Shown: in pieces, positions 12,561-24,754 of the stretch
How the letters are laid out: every line of letters begins with the position of its first letter
Numbering within the stretch: the stretch's first letter is position 1
Assembly: GCA_030390025.1 (NCBI GenBank)
Contig: CM059438.1
Location: 80,414,001 to 80,478,000 of the forward strand
Origin: Squalus acanthias
Taxonomy: Eukaryota
Direction of reading: 5' to 3'
DNA: 64,000 nucleotides
The notes under the pieces: generated by a model
The model's database searches: none
Told to the model about the DNA's origin: nothing
The model's input: the letters and a program-made list of their open reading frames with translations, nothing else
Translations under genes and position numbers: made by a program

Positions 12561-13614
12561 AGGCTGATATGTTTTACTGGTCCATATGAAATGAATTTTA
12601 ATTATAAAGCATCCGTACTGGTTTTTCTCATTCATTCTTGTGAACGTATCTGATAATTTAATTAAAAATGTTCAAATAGATGATTAATGTAACTCCCCTC
12701 TCAAAGAAATCAGATGAAAAATAAAATAACAAAACTATTATCTTTATTTTTGGAGATGTATGACAATGGCATGGCATTCAAATTCAATATATATACAAAA
12801 AATCTGTCCCGTATTCTATCTTTTAGCACATCTGTGGGGGTAGAGAGGTTGGGCCCGAAACGCATATTACAAACTATAAGCCAACACCTCAAGCCTGGCC
12901 TTGTACTTTGTTGTCTGAAATGGTTGAGTAATTCCTGAGTCACAATGATGGCAACTGCACCCTTATCTCTTCAATGATGTCTGAATGGGAGCATTGAACT
13001 GCGGTATAATTTCAGTATTTGAGGAGGTGGAGCAATTAAGACTTCTCTTACAATCTCATTTTGTGAGGCCGTATTCCGTGTCAGCCGTGGGCTTTTAAAG
13101 GGCTGACGCTCCTGTTTTGAAATTCTTAGCCCAATATCTGTTTAAAAACTACCGCTGTCTGTCAGCACCGTGAGTGCAGAACTAAGTCTGAACAGTTGGT
13201 TAATACCTGCAGTTAACGCTTGTAACGGGGATTCGGCCCTATTTTCTAATTACAATTTTTACCTTTATTCGCGATTAATATGTATGAAACATATAATTCT
13301 CAGTGTTTTTGTCATTCTGCTTTTGTAAGATTCATTGTTAGAAATTTACTAGTCGTTACTGAAATTCTGACAGCATTTCCTCACCTCCCCCCACCCCTCC
13401 CAAACTCTCTGCCACCCACAACCTAGGCAGCAATTTGGCTGCCATATAGAAAAATTAATAATTTGCCTTCTTTTCAATCACTGTTCAGTTACAGAGATTT
13501 TCTTATTTTTTCAGTTATTTCCTCTCCTCTTCTGAAGTTGCTGATTTTTTTTTTGGCCGGGTTATGGTTCTGCTGGTATTTACTCTCGGGTACCTCAGTC
13601 AAATGACCATTCAT

Positions 13615-14023
13615 TGGGCTGAATTTTGCCGGCGCTCAGAGGGCGGGTTTGGAGGCGGGTCTGCCGTCAAAATCAAAAAGATTGACAGCGGGCCGGTATC
13701 CCGCTCTGAACCCGCCTCCTTGAGTTTCCCTAGTGCCGGCTCTGCCTGCGCTTTGTAGACCCAGCACTAAGCGGCGGGTCAGGCAATGCTGATAGTTAGC
13801 AAGTAGTTAAAGCAATTGAATCAACATTCTACCACGTCCAAAGCATTTTCCCAAGTTTTCCTTGAGGTTCCCATCGCTCGGGGACCACGCCAGGTAAGTA
13901 TGTCGGGTTTTGAGCAACTCTCCATTTCTTTCATTCGGTCACAGCGGCAAAGGTGGTTTAAAACCTACCATTTTACAGCTGGTCACTTCCCTGGTCGACC
14001 ACCTAAAAGTCAAAATAAGCCCC
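13615..14023. mobile_element. Harbinger-type MITE
   Basis: Termini tgggctgaattttgcc / gtcaaaataagcccc are imperfect inverted repeats; internal caggtaagt; CpG-rich. Confidence 0.55.
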
Positions 14024-14200
14024 AGGTTGTGGTTGAAGCAGAAACCATTGCATCTTTTAAGGGAAAGTTAGATAAATACATGAAACAAAGGACGCTACTG
14101 GGTGACGGGGAGAGATCAGGGCAGTGGGATTAGTTTTGAATCGCTGCAGCAAAGAGCCAGCACAGACATGAGGGACTGGATGGCCCTTTTCTGTGCTCTA
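14024..14200 (+). mobile_element. CR1 3' fragment
   Basis: VVEAETIASFKGKLDKYM translation plus CR1 3' UTR (aaagagccagcacagacatga..gatggcc..ttctgtgct). Confidence 0.8.
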
Positions 14201-14859
14201 AACCTGTGGTTTCAAGCATGTACTTTCCAGCAATAGTCATTAGATACTGATCAAGAACATAGGCTGATTACTCCCCCTCTGCCAATTGCCGAAGGCACTA
14301 AGGCCAATTGTCGTGCTCTGCCAACTCGCTGTCCTGGCTAATAACAGCACTGCTTAGAGATCAAACCTGGACCCTCCCTGTCTGTATGATTCAATAGTCA
14401 GTGCATTTACTCACTGAACCTTGGGGGGAGCTGAGCTAAAAACAAATGTAAACAACTCTACGACCAGCTAACAGCCTCCGGTCTATTTGGGGGATTTTCA
14501 AAAATGTCACCAAACTCCTCTGATGGGAATTAAACCCCACCCCCTGTGACAGTGAAGAACATTAAAGTGTCGCCATATGAAAATGAAAGGAGTATATTTT
14601 AATGATTTTCTTTACTTCATCATATAAATAGATACGTGATCATCAGGTAACTCTGCAATACCATTTTTATTTCCCTCGTGAAAATCTTTCCCCCTACGAA
14701 CTTCTTCATTCATGGAATAAAACAAGTGTTCCAGAGTTACTCACTGCCTATCCTCTGTAGATACTCTATTGCGTACCGTCTTAAATGACTATGCTAAAAA
14801 TACGATAATGTGACCTGATGTGTTTAATAAGGTGAGGGATGACCATGCTGGAAGATAGA

Positions 14860-15305
14860 ACAATTTTCCATCCAATGACCAATATCCTTAGGTCAGATAC
14901 AAGCACTGCTCCCACCACATTATCCCAACAATTTACCTTCATTTCACCCTCTAGCAGAACACTATACTCTGCACCAGAGGGCGATTTTAATTTCCTGAAC
15001 TCTTCCATTTTGGGCTTTTTGAGTAAAAAGTGACCAATAAATACGTTGCTAAACTTCAAGGCAGTTTTGTAGCATGACCTCATGCCAACTGGGAGCTCAG
15101 ATTGAGACTGCCCAGGGGTATCATAAGCATGGTTTCTAAACGCACTCACGACGTTACTATATTAGTAACAAGAGCAATTCGCCACCCCTGTCCCGATTAG
15201 AGGCAGAGACTGAGGGGAACATTGTCCCCTCTGTTCGGTTGGGATTTGATTGCAGCCCTACCCAGGTAAAAGGGCAGTGATCTAACACAAAATGGCAGCA
15301 AAGCC
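14860..15305 (-). mobile_element. Ancient LF-SINE-like element
   Basis: Reverse complement: tRNA-like head, ggcagtctcaatctgagctcccagt..acaaaactg..ggaaattaaaatcgccctctgg..tgaaggtaaattgttggga..tgtatctgacc; colinear with 5207-5530. Confidence 0.4.
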
Positions 15306-17161
15306 GCTACAGCGTTCCCATCTGAAAGTAGACCACACATTTCAATTGTGGTTTATCGTACTGTCAGTTATTTATGCCTTTGAACAGAACTCAAACCTGA
15401 AGTAAATCGAAGCAGAATCAGGCCAGCTGGACAGTGATGGTTTGTGTAACTGTGGCTAAAGGAAAGGGAGGGAAGTCCTAATAGTGAAAAACAATAGGCC
15501 ACTCATAGCATCAATTCCAGAATTCATTTTTTATGAATTGTGGAATAAAAGAAACATTGCAATATTGATGGCGCCTCCTTGATATTCGTGCACTTGTGTG
15601 AACAACATGACACCTGTGGCCTTTGTGAGTTAAGGACCTTTTGCACTCTTTATTTAATTACATTTAAATGGTTTGTAATTTACAATGGTTTGTGCAAATT
15701 GGTTGGGTGACATGTAGTGTTTTCAGTCAAAATCTTGGCACATTACTGGATGTCTAAATTATCCTTAAAAGTGCCACTGAAACTGTTATGCCGGGTGACA
15801 TGAGCTGTGTTAATTGCTTCAGGTTTGTGTCTGGTTGTAAAATAATCTGTGATAGAGCAGACTGCTCTTGACTGTATGAATAAATATTTACTGCTTTAAG
15901 AAGCATGGGCATTGTGCCAGTAACTGGAGATGGGTGAATTTTAATTGTAACTTTTTGCAGTCATGTACTGCCAGCCACCCTTGGGCATACTGTTCAAAGT
16001 TGCTTTTATTAATATTTATACTTTATATTCATGTTGTTGCCCCAAGCTGTTGAGCTCTACTTCAGTGGCACGCAGTTATTAGGTGATGGATCAAATGCAG
16101 AAGAAGACAATATGTTTGTCTTTGAAATGGAGTTTCTCAAAAATGAAGAAAAAAAAAGCAGACTAGACAAAGATGACAATCAGAATCGGGGTTCAGCCAT
16201 TGAGTGGCCTGGATTTTACGCAAAAGCTTTTGCGACGTTACTAACCTTCAGCCAGTCGTGAACATGCTTTTTGTTTGTTGTTTTGTCATTTTCTTGTGAC
16301 TATTTTGTTGAATGTTTTACTAAATTATTTCAATTTCTAATGATTTTTCTTCACAGGATGGAAAATGCATGTGAGATGTAACTGACTGGACTACAGTAGT
16401 TGGGGCAGTGTGCACTCACGTGTGGGCCTGTGCTGTCCAAGAAGACTTTTTGTTTAGATTTAAAAATGGGTTTCAGCCAGAAGGGGAGCTTATCAAGTTT
16501 TTCCTGATCTGATGCAGTGTTGTGATTTGGCAATCCTTTTCTAATTATCTGATGTTAACCTGAACCCTGTCATATTGATAACACCAGCTCTGCTGTAGGT
16601 AGTGCTGCAAAAAGTTAAAAGTGGGTCATTGTATGAGCCTCTGTGCGGCACTCCCTCTCCACAAGCCAGTCCGTGAGTGAGCCTCGAATATTTCTTCAAT
16701 GACACAAAACTGTGCTTTGTGCTGTTGAATGAAGCAGGTGAAACGATGCTTTGAATGGGTAGATATGGGCGGCAATGCAGTGTAAAGAACTAAAACATGA
16801 GCCAAGTGTCCCACAACCGTTCCACTGTTAACTACTTAAAACTGAAGAAATGTGTTCTTGCCTGCCTGTCTATGTAACTAAATATCTATCTGTGAATGTT
16901 GTACGATTCACAAAATTATGCTGCTTTTATTTCATGGCTGATGGAGACTGTAAGAGTTAGCCAGGTCTATCTCACAATAGAAAGAGAGCCCAGATTCCAG
17001 TGACCAACCTTATTTTGCTGCTTTTAGTTTGCATCTGTGAGACGTTTCTCCCTCCCCAAAAAATCATTGTCTTTATTTGTTGTGACCTTTTAAAATGGAA
17101 AACAATTATTGTGATTAAAACAATACCCTCCCTGTAATAAAGTGAAGGTATCAGATACCAT

Positions 17162-17741
17162 GGCCTGGAAATTTGTTGGCACCGTGTCCATTTTACGGGC
17201 GTAAAACAGGCGCCAAAGCAGCCAATGTTGTGGGCGGAGTGCACACACGCACATTCCGCGCCTGAAGTGCGCCGCCTGAAGGCTCCAGTACGGGCGTCCC
17301 GAGCCCGCGCCTGAAAAAGGCGTTGGTCCCTTCGCATATGCAAAGGACTCCTTCCCAAAACTGGGCTGCCCTGAATGCAGCCGGCGTCAGGATAACCAGG
17401 TCTACGTGCGACCTAACCAGCGGTCCTTTAAAATGACCACTGCAGTCCGCAACCAAAAAGGTAAGTCATAAACTCCTCCCGGCTCCGCAGCAGTCCCTGA
17501 AGACCATTGCTGGCCCCCGATCGGCTCTCTCCCCCGATTGCCTCGTCCCACCGCCTTCTGGGACCTACCTGAGAACCATTGCCGGCAGCAGGCGTCTGCA
17601 GCTTGCCGGTCTAATTTAAATGAGGTCCGAGGTCCAATTTTGATTAGGTCTTGGGCCTACCTGATCATGTGCAGGGATCGTTTACCGCCCCCCCCCCCCC
17701 AGTCCATGGCAGTAGGCCTGCGTGAACCAATTTCTTCCCCC
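17162..17741. mobile_element. Harbinger-type GC-rich MITE
   Basis: Termini ggcctggaaattt / ccaatttcttccccc; internal aaggtaagt; sharp CpG-rich island in AT-rich DNA. Confidence 0.55.
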
Positions 17742-19611
17742 CGCCACTTCAATGAACTTCCCATTGCAGAACCACTCACAAAACGAAGTCTTATTTCACC
17801 TCAGGCAGGATAAATGGCACATTGCTAATTGTTCCTACCCATTGAAATATATATTTTTTTCTGATGCAGTGAGTGGGAGCTCCAAAGAGCTGTGCTAGGG
17901 AATGGTAGGATAATGTCCACGATTCCCCACATGATGAAATCCTGATCTGAGCTGTGCTGTTCTGAGGCGGCACTGAGCAGGGGCCATGCACTTCCTTACA
18001 GGGAAGAAAGAGGCATTGAAAGTAAATTCTCCACTCCTAAGTGCTCCGATGCACTTCCTAGCAACTGGTTACACAGGAGCAGTGGCAGAGGGCCGAGAGG
18101 AGGCTGGGGTATCGCACGTGGCCAGGGCCAGGGCACAGCTAAAGATGAGAAGGGGTAGAAAAAGATAACATTAATTCTTTGCAAAAAAAACCCATTAAAT
18201 TCAATGTTTCATTCATTACATACAAAAGGTTAATACATACATTATTCAACAGGTTTTGCTGATTTTTTTTTGCTACTCTGCTACCTTTGAATTAATATCT
18301 GTGCACGGCATCGCAAGCTGTGTGTGCGAGACATTAATTCTCAGCGAGGCAGTGGGGGGGGGGGGTGGAAATGCAGGAACAGCTCACTGAGCAACAGAAA
18401 TCAGAATTTACAGGAATAAATGACAAGAAAAGGCGTTTCATTTCTGATGTTGATTATTATTATGCGGCTGAACTAAATAGAACAAAAAACAAATGTAAAA
18501 CGCTGAAGGAAATTTAGTGCCAAGCACGTGCTAAGGCTGTACTTGACTGTCTTCAGTCCTCCCGAAGTGCATCTTGTTGACACGGTGATACATGAAGGGT
18601 AGTGGAGCTGGTAAACCTTCAGGAGGTCCTCTGCTGCCCCAGAGCACAGCCTCGGGCATCGGGAGTGTACAGATGGAGAATATTGAATCAGTAGCTTTCA
18701 ACTGTGCACTTAGGCCAACTTAGAAATGAAACCTTCAGTGAATTACTAAAGCCAAAAAAAAAATGAAATAACTTTTACAAGCTCAGTGTTATCCTGCCAG
18801 CCATATGGGAACATCTCAGCATGGCCTGGTACTACTTAGCCCGAGACTGACAGAAATAGCATCATCCTGATATTACCCACTGCTAGAAGGCAAGTGCATG
18901 ACCATAATAGGTGTAGTAGCAATATTCGGCGACAATGGCATCATGTCGACTTGCGTGCTAACTCAATTTCTTCGCTCCAATGTAAGCAATTAAAGAACAA
19001 TAGGACTTTGTTTTTTTTAAAAAGAGATTGATGAAATAATTTCAGAAAATAGAGCACTTTTCACAGATTTTGATTAAATTATTTTCCACCGACAGCCTGT
19101 TTGACTTTGTCTTAATTTGCCAGTGGGAGTGCAGATAGGAGCCTAGAAATTACTGTTGCCGATATTAGTGAACAAGTACCTAACGGGCTTGTATGACATT
19201 CCTCTATCTGTTATCTTAATGCAGTTCTTAGCTTGTCTATTTTAAATCGGTTGATACCTCCTCTAAAATAGCGGAGAGAGGGACATCCTAGGATTGAGAT
19301 TAGCAGTCATCTGTTAATATTTCCAACAGCAATTTCCAGGCTATGTTTTAAATTTTTTTTTGCCAAGTCCAAATCTAACAGGGGTCGGTCGAGCCAGGGC
19401 GGGGGTGCGTCACACCTTGAGAAGAAGGTCCTCTGAGGATGGTTAAAATTGTGCAAAGCTTTTGAATTTCAAATCTGCACCAGCCAGTCAAAGGCCGCAT
19501 TACCATAGAATGTCATGAGATAGCAACAAGCACCAAGTTGTCACTGGCAACCGTGCTATATTGCAGCTGTGAAGACTGGATTCAAACTGTACAGAGAAAC
19601 ACCCCACAGAG

Positions 19612-20188
19612 TTAACTCCTTGAGAACTTAGGGCCATTTCTACAGTATCTTTAAAAAAAAAAGTGACATGATTCCAATTTTTTAATTTTGCTACTTCCTT
19701 TATATATTATTAAAATCCTTGTGTATACACACACTTCTGGTCCAACTTCCTGTTATGATTTTTGGTCACACTTTGATATCCATATTTAACCTTGAAACTG
19801 CTTATGCAAACACTTAGAATGGAAATCCTATATGTAAACAGTTGCCTGTGTCAATATAGTTGCAGGCTCACGCCAGTAGGTGACACTGTGGAGCCTGTTG
19901 CGCAAGTCTGTTTGCCAACTCCATCACTACCCTGTATATAAAAGAACTTGAAGTTCACCAACTGACTGTGGGTAATGCCACGGACAATTTACTTATATTA
20001 TCAAATGTGCTTTGGTTTTGCACATTTCTCTTTCAAAGAGCCGGCACAGGCACGATGGTCCTTCTGTGCTGTATTATTCTATCATTTTATGATTCTCATT
20101 CTACTGGATGAAGTTGTTATAACAATCATTTTCCCAGAGGTTAAATGAAAAAAAACCTGACAGAACCTTGTAGTACTCAAAGGGTTAA
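19612..20188. mobile_element. Candidate old piggyBac-like MITE (TTAA-flanked) containing a short CR1 tail (~20030-20095)
   Basis: ttaactccttgagaact versus the reverse complement of the right end, ttaaccctttgagtact (14/17 match). Confidence 0.35.
19873..19886 (+). promoter_or_regulatory. CTCF-like motif
   Basis: ccagtaggtgacac, one mismatch from the CCASYAGRKGGCRS core. Confidence 0.3.
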
Positions 20189-22093
20189 AGACCATGGCGA
20201 AGAAATACAATATCAACAGGTAATGGGACACAAGTGACCAGTGATCCTGCTTGACTTCACAAACATTTAGATCTAAAAACAGTCACTTACTTTAGACTCA
20301 CAGGTACCTCGTCTCAGATGCAGAAATAAATAAATAAAGCCTAACACAAAGGGCACATTAATCCTTTCAAACTGTGTTGCCAGTGAAGGCAAACAACAGA
20401 CTCGCCAAAGTACTTTGTTAAGGAGAAGAAAAGTAAATAAGTATGTCCTGGTGTGCCAGTGGGCGCAAAGATTATCGTAAAGAGTAAATATCAGTATGAA
20501 TGGGTCAAGTCAGGAGGGTTTTACTCAGATACTAGAAAAAGAATTCATGGTTCAGAATGTCTCAGTTCCTGTAGCTGACTCACTCCCCAGTATGACATGG
20601 TGTACTTTGCCATAGGTCACTACAAGCGGAAAGGCTGTGGTGAGCATACAGTTACTGACTGTCTCATAATAAGCTCTTTCAGTAAGGGAAGCCCTTCTGG
20701 AATGTGAGTAGAGAATAGCAGCACACCATATGTTAAAAGGGTTAAAAAGAAATCAAATCTGGCCGATTTAGCCTGTAAAATCTGCTCTAATGACCCATTA
20801 TGCAGATGGGCGGGGAGGTTTTTGCAATAGCTTCTGAGTAATCATTTATTGGTTCATTTACAGCATTGCACTAATGATTTGTAGAAACGTTTGTCACTGT
20901 CCAGCTTCGGAGCATTGCGAAAGCAGGAAGTGGAGCTCATTCTGAAGTTGAGAAATGACTTTGTTTCATGTGGGATTGTGAGATTCTCGTAGTGAGTGAC
21001 TGAGAGCTGCAGATTCTTGCTGGAAATCTGCCTTAATTCCTCACAGCTTCCACCTCTAAAAGAAAACTACAGTGCTTTCGGATTGTGTGGAATTGTATCT
21101 TTTTGAATTCGCACCTTTTCAAGAAAGAATAGTTTCAAGGGCAGTATTACCACAGGTAATGTGATATGTGGATAATTAATAATGAATGAAAGCCTGCCTT
21201 AGCCTGCGAACTATTGTCCCAGTGACTGTGTTGGCATGGAAAGTAAATGTGAAATAACTGATAGAAACTGTGACTTCCGAAATGGATATCTAACGAGTGT
21301 CCTGTAGAAGAAGTCTAAAAAGAATGAATCCATTGATCCAAAGTGTAACGCAGGGTTAGCATTTCGAATTAGCATTCAGTGGAGTTGGGAAGAAAACCGG
21401 TTGGAAAATTAATACTTGGTTGCAGTGCTGTTTGGCAAAGATTTAACTGTCTGGTATCTCCACAGGAATAATTTAAAAAAAAACAACCTCATAGTGACAT
21501 GCTGCAATGGAGGAACAACGGGACCATCATCCACACGCTCTAGAAGATCAGAACAACTTCCTTTATAAACCAGGCTCGGGCTATCAGCAAGAAGCTCAGG
21601 TTAGTTCAACTCCCCGTCTACCTTAAGAGCTCTGCTGGTGTCTAACATTTCAAACATGTGCTCTTCATCAACGCTCTTTTCAAATAGTTACAAATTTTGA
21701 AATAGTTTTGGGCAAAATTTTAAACAACGCAGCGGTTGGTAACAGCAATTTCAAGTACGTAGAGTTAAAGGGTTCATTCCGTGCTCATGGGAAGATAGTT
21801 TTTTGCATCCACTGCCAACAATACTCCCACCTGAAATTCACAGCGTCACGCCCACTGCCACCTTAGAAAATGGAGAAGGAATTTCCCAGACTGTCTGCAT
21901 GTAAAATAAAGCATGTGGTAGTATGTAATCACAGAGCTGGGGCACTGTTTCTAGTCCGTGACTTGGTGTAAAAATGCAAAAAATAAAACTACTTAAGTAC
22001 AGAGTTGAAGCAATAACAAAGATTGAATTACAAATAGGGCTGGAATAGTTACAAAGGACTGTAGATGAAAATAAACTGCAAATAACCTCTCCC

Positions 22094-22268
22094 AAAAATG
22101 CTGAAAATCCACTGCTCAGCATCTGCCACAGAAAATAAGTTAAAGTCTGAGATGTGAATCTTCATTCAACCTTCTCTGAGAAAGTGTCAAACCTAAAATA
22201 AAAACCTGACCTTCCCTTTCAGATGCCAATCAATTTCCTATGTATTTGTAGCATGTTTTTGTCTTTAT
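22094..22268. mobile_element. Old degenerate inverted Penelope-like tail pair
   Basis: aaaatgctgaaaatc..cagcatctg..cagatgcc..tatttgtagcatgtttttgtctttat. Confidence 0.4.
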
Positions 22269-22399
22269 CTCTAACCTAAATATATATAGTTATTTGTGAT
22301 GTTTTAGGTCCACGACTAACCATCTCCTTAAACCCCTCTCCCCGCCATATGCATGCGCGCGCACGCACAGACACACAGACACACACACCTGTAATGTCT

Positions 22400-22623
22400 C
22401 ATCGGGTTTATTTGGTGAACTGAAGCATACTGAACAGAAGGTCTCCTGTTTGATCCCCGATCTACGGTAAGCTGTCTGATCTCAGATGAGGCGGTAATAA
22501 GGGTGCAGCAATTAGCCAGTGCACCCATGGGCTAGGGACGGGAAAATTAGCCAAGGTTCCCACTCCTGATCTCTCTATCCAGTGACTCTGCTGGGAGTGC
22601 ACATGTGCAGACAATGGGCGAAG
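22400..22623 (+). mobile_element. SINE family X, 5' half
   Basis: cagaaggtctcctgtttgatccccg..ctgatctcag..gggctagggacgggaaaattagccaaggttcccactcctgatc; aligns with 35318-35560. Confidence 0.55.
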
Positions 22624-22965
22624 ACTGCACAGGCAATTCACCAAGGCTTCTTTGGCAGCACCTCACAAACCCGCGACCTCTACCACCCAGAAGGACAAGG
22701 GCAGCAGGCGCATGGGAACACCAACACCTCCAAGTCACACACCATCCTGACTTGGCAATATATTACCATTCATCGTCGCTGGGTCAAAATCCTGGAACTC
22801 CCTATCTAACAGCACTGTGGAAGTACCTTCACCACACGGACTGCAGTGGTTCAAGAAGGCGGCTCACCATCACTTTCTCAAGGGCAATTAGGGATTGATA
22901 ATAAATGCTAGCTTTGCCAGTGACACCCACATCCCATGAATGAATAAATAAAAAATAAATAAAAA
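22624..22965 (+). mobile_element. LINE 3' end (CR1/L2-group family distinct from the main CR1s) with A-rich tail
   Basis: NSPRLLWQHL.NPRPLPPRRTRAAGAWEH..atcctggaactccct (WNSL)..ttcaagaaggcggctcacc..caagggcaattaggga..cacatcccatgaatgaataaataaaaa. Confidence 0.75.
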
Positions 22966-23037
22966 CCGGTCTAGGTTTTATTTTTTAATAATACCATTTC
23001 CTATGTAAACATGCCTGTCACGGCTTTTTGATCACAA

Positions 23038-23845
23038 GACTTTTATGGATGAAGGAGGCTATTCAGCCCATCTTAATTTGTCCATCCAGGACAATCTTAC
23101 ACTTCCCCCACGCGCACCCCCCGACGCCACCTGATTGCTGTACCTAGTTGTTTCTTAAATGATTGAAGGATGTTGGTCTCCACTGCACTGGATGGAAGCC
23201 CATTCCAAGTGTTGATTACTTTCTGTGTGAAGAAGAACCTCATGATATCAGTCCTGTTGCCTTTTACTAGTTTGTATCACGGTGGGCAACACGGTGGCAT
23301 AGTGGTTAGCACTGGTGCCTCACAGCGCCAGAGACCCGGGTTCAAATCTGACCTCGGGTGACTGTCTGTGTGGAGTTTGCACATTCTCCCCGTGTCTGCG
23401 TGGGTTTCCTCCGGGTGCTCCGGTTTCCTCCCACAGTGTGGGTTAGGTTGATTTGGCTATGATAAATTGACCCTTAGTGTTAGGGGGGGATTAAATATGT
23501 GGGGTTATGGGGATAGGATGGGATATGTTAGGGGGAATTAAATACGTGGGGTTACGGGGGTCGGGTGGGATATGTGTACTGTGGGGATTAAAGCAGGGAC
23601 AGGGTACTGGATTTGGATGATCAGCCATGATCGTATTGAATGGTGGAGCAGGCTCGACGGGCCGAATGGCCTACTCCTGCTCCTAGATTCTATGTTTCTA
23701 TGTTTCTATCTGCAGTCCTTCTCCTACGCCCATGGTTTTATTTAAAGACATATTCTGGATTAACCTTTTACATATCATTGTTATCTTGTATACCTCGATA
23801 AGAACACCTCTCTGACACCTCCTTTCCAGGTTGAAAAGCCCAAGG
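23038..23845 (-). mobile_element. Old CR1 3' fragment split by the HE1-like SINE
   Basis: Reverse-strand gggcttttcaacctggaaagg..gttcttatcgaggtatacaagat | ttcttcttcacacagaaagtaatcaacacttggaatgg (FFTQKVINTWN). Confidence 0.65.
23279..23709 (+). mobile_element. HE1-like V-SINE, full length
   Basis: tRNA head (A box tggcatagtggtt, B box ggttcaaatc); V-domain tgtggagtttgcacattctccccgtgtctgcgtgggtttcctccgggtgctccggtttcctccc; CR1-type tail ending in ttctatgt repeats. Confidence 0.9.
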
Positions 23846-23858
23846 GGTCAATTCTAAC

Positions 23859-24022
23859 CAATGTTCCCTCCAATTTTGTTTGGCCCTGCGCGGCCCCTTT
23901 AAGGGACTGCGTAGGCCATTCAAAACGGCGCGCATGCGTGGTTTTTGTATTGAAAAGCCGGCTGCGCGGGTTCCCTGGAGCGCTGTGCGACCATGCGGCT
24001 GCGCAGCTTACAGAGAACACTG
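23859..24022. mobile_element. hAT-type MITE, 164 bp
   Basis: TIRs caatgttccctc / cagagaacactg; 8-bp TSD attctaac (23851-23858) / attctaag (24023-24030). Confidence 0.8.
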
Positions 24023-24107
24023 ATTCTAAGCTGACTGGCCCAGCATAAACCTGGCGGGTGGGCAGTTAAAACTGAGCAGATCACTTACCCGCTCCTGATG
24101 GAGTTCT

Positions 24108-24485
24108 TTTAAGATTATGAAAGGGTTTGATAGGGTAGATGTAGAGAAGATGTTTCAACTTGTGGGGAAGACCCGAACTAGGGGACATAAATATAAGATA
24201 GTCACTAATATATCCTATGGGGAATTCAGGAGAAACTTCTTTACCCAGAGAGTGATTAGAATGTGGAACTCGCTACCACAAGGAGTACTGGAGGGGAATA
24301 CCATAGATGCATTTAAGGGGAAGCTAGATAAACACACGAGGGCGAAAGGAATAGAAAGTTATGTTGATGGGGTTCGGTGAAGAAGGATGGGAGGATGCTT
24401 GTGTGGAACATAAACACTGGCATGGACCTGTTAGATTGAATGGCCTGTTTCTGTGCTGTAAATGCTATGTAATTCTATGTAATTA
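24108..24485 (+). mobile_element. CR1 3' fragment
   Basis: MKGFDRVDVEKMF..TRTRGHKYKI..RRNFFTQRVIRMWNSLP; tail of ctatgtaa repeats. Confidence 0.92.
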
Positions 24486-24754
24486 TGTCAATGGGACCCT
24501 GATGCAGTTTTAACCGGGGCCTGAGCGGGGAAGTCGCCACAACTTTTTCACAAGGTTGAGCAGGTCTGCAGCTGACCTGAAGACAGAAGAGACCCTTCAG
24601 GGAAGTCTAAAACTTTCTTTGGGGGGTGCGCAGCTAAGTCTGAAAGCAACCAGCAGAACACTGCAAGCTGCTGAGAGATGACTTCTCTCTCATCGTCTCT
24701 CCCTTTCTATTGGGCAAGTGATTAGCTTCTGTTCAGTGTCCCTTCCTACAATGA

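Larger units (their letters stand above)
13515..14430 (-). mobile_element. SINE family X copy split by a MITE (13615-14023) and a CR1 tail (14024-14200)
   Basis: 13515-13614 matches the family-X 3' end (cf. 50350-50455 reversed); 14205-14430 matches its 5' half. Confidence 0.5.

Noticed and set aside
16031-16261. 76-aa ATG ORF
   Set aside because: No recognisable domain or convincing splice context
23285-23360. tRNA gene candidates (also near 30770 and 53480)
   Set aside because: A/B boxes belong to SINE heads that continue into SINE bodies; no full cloverleaf
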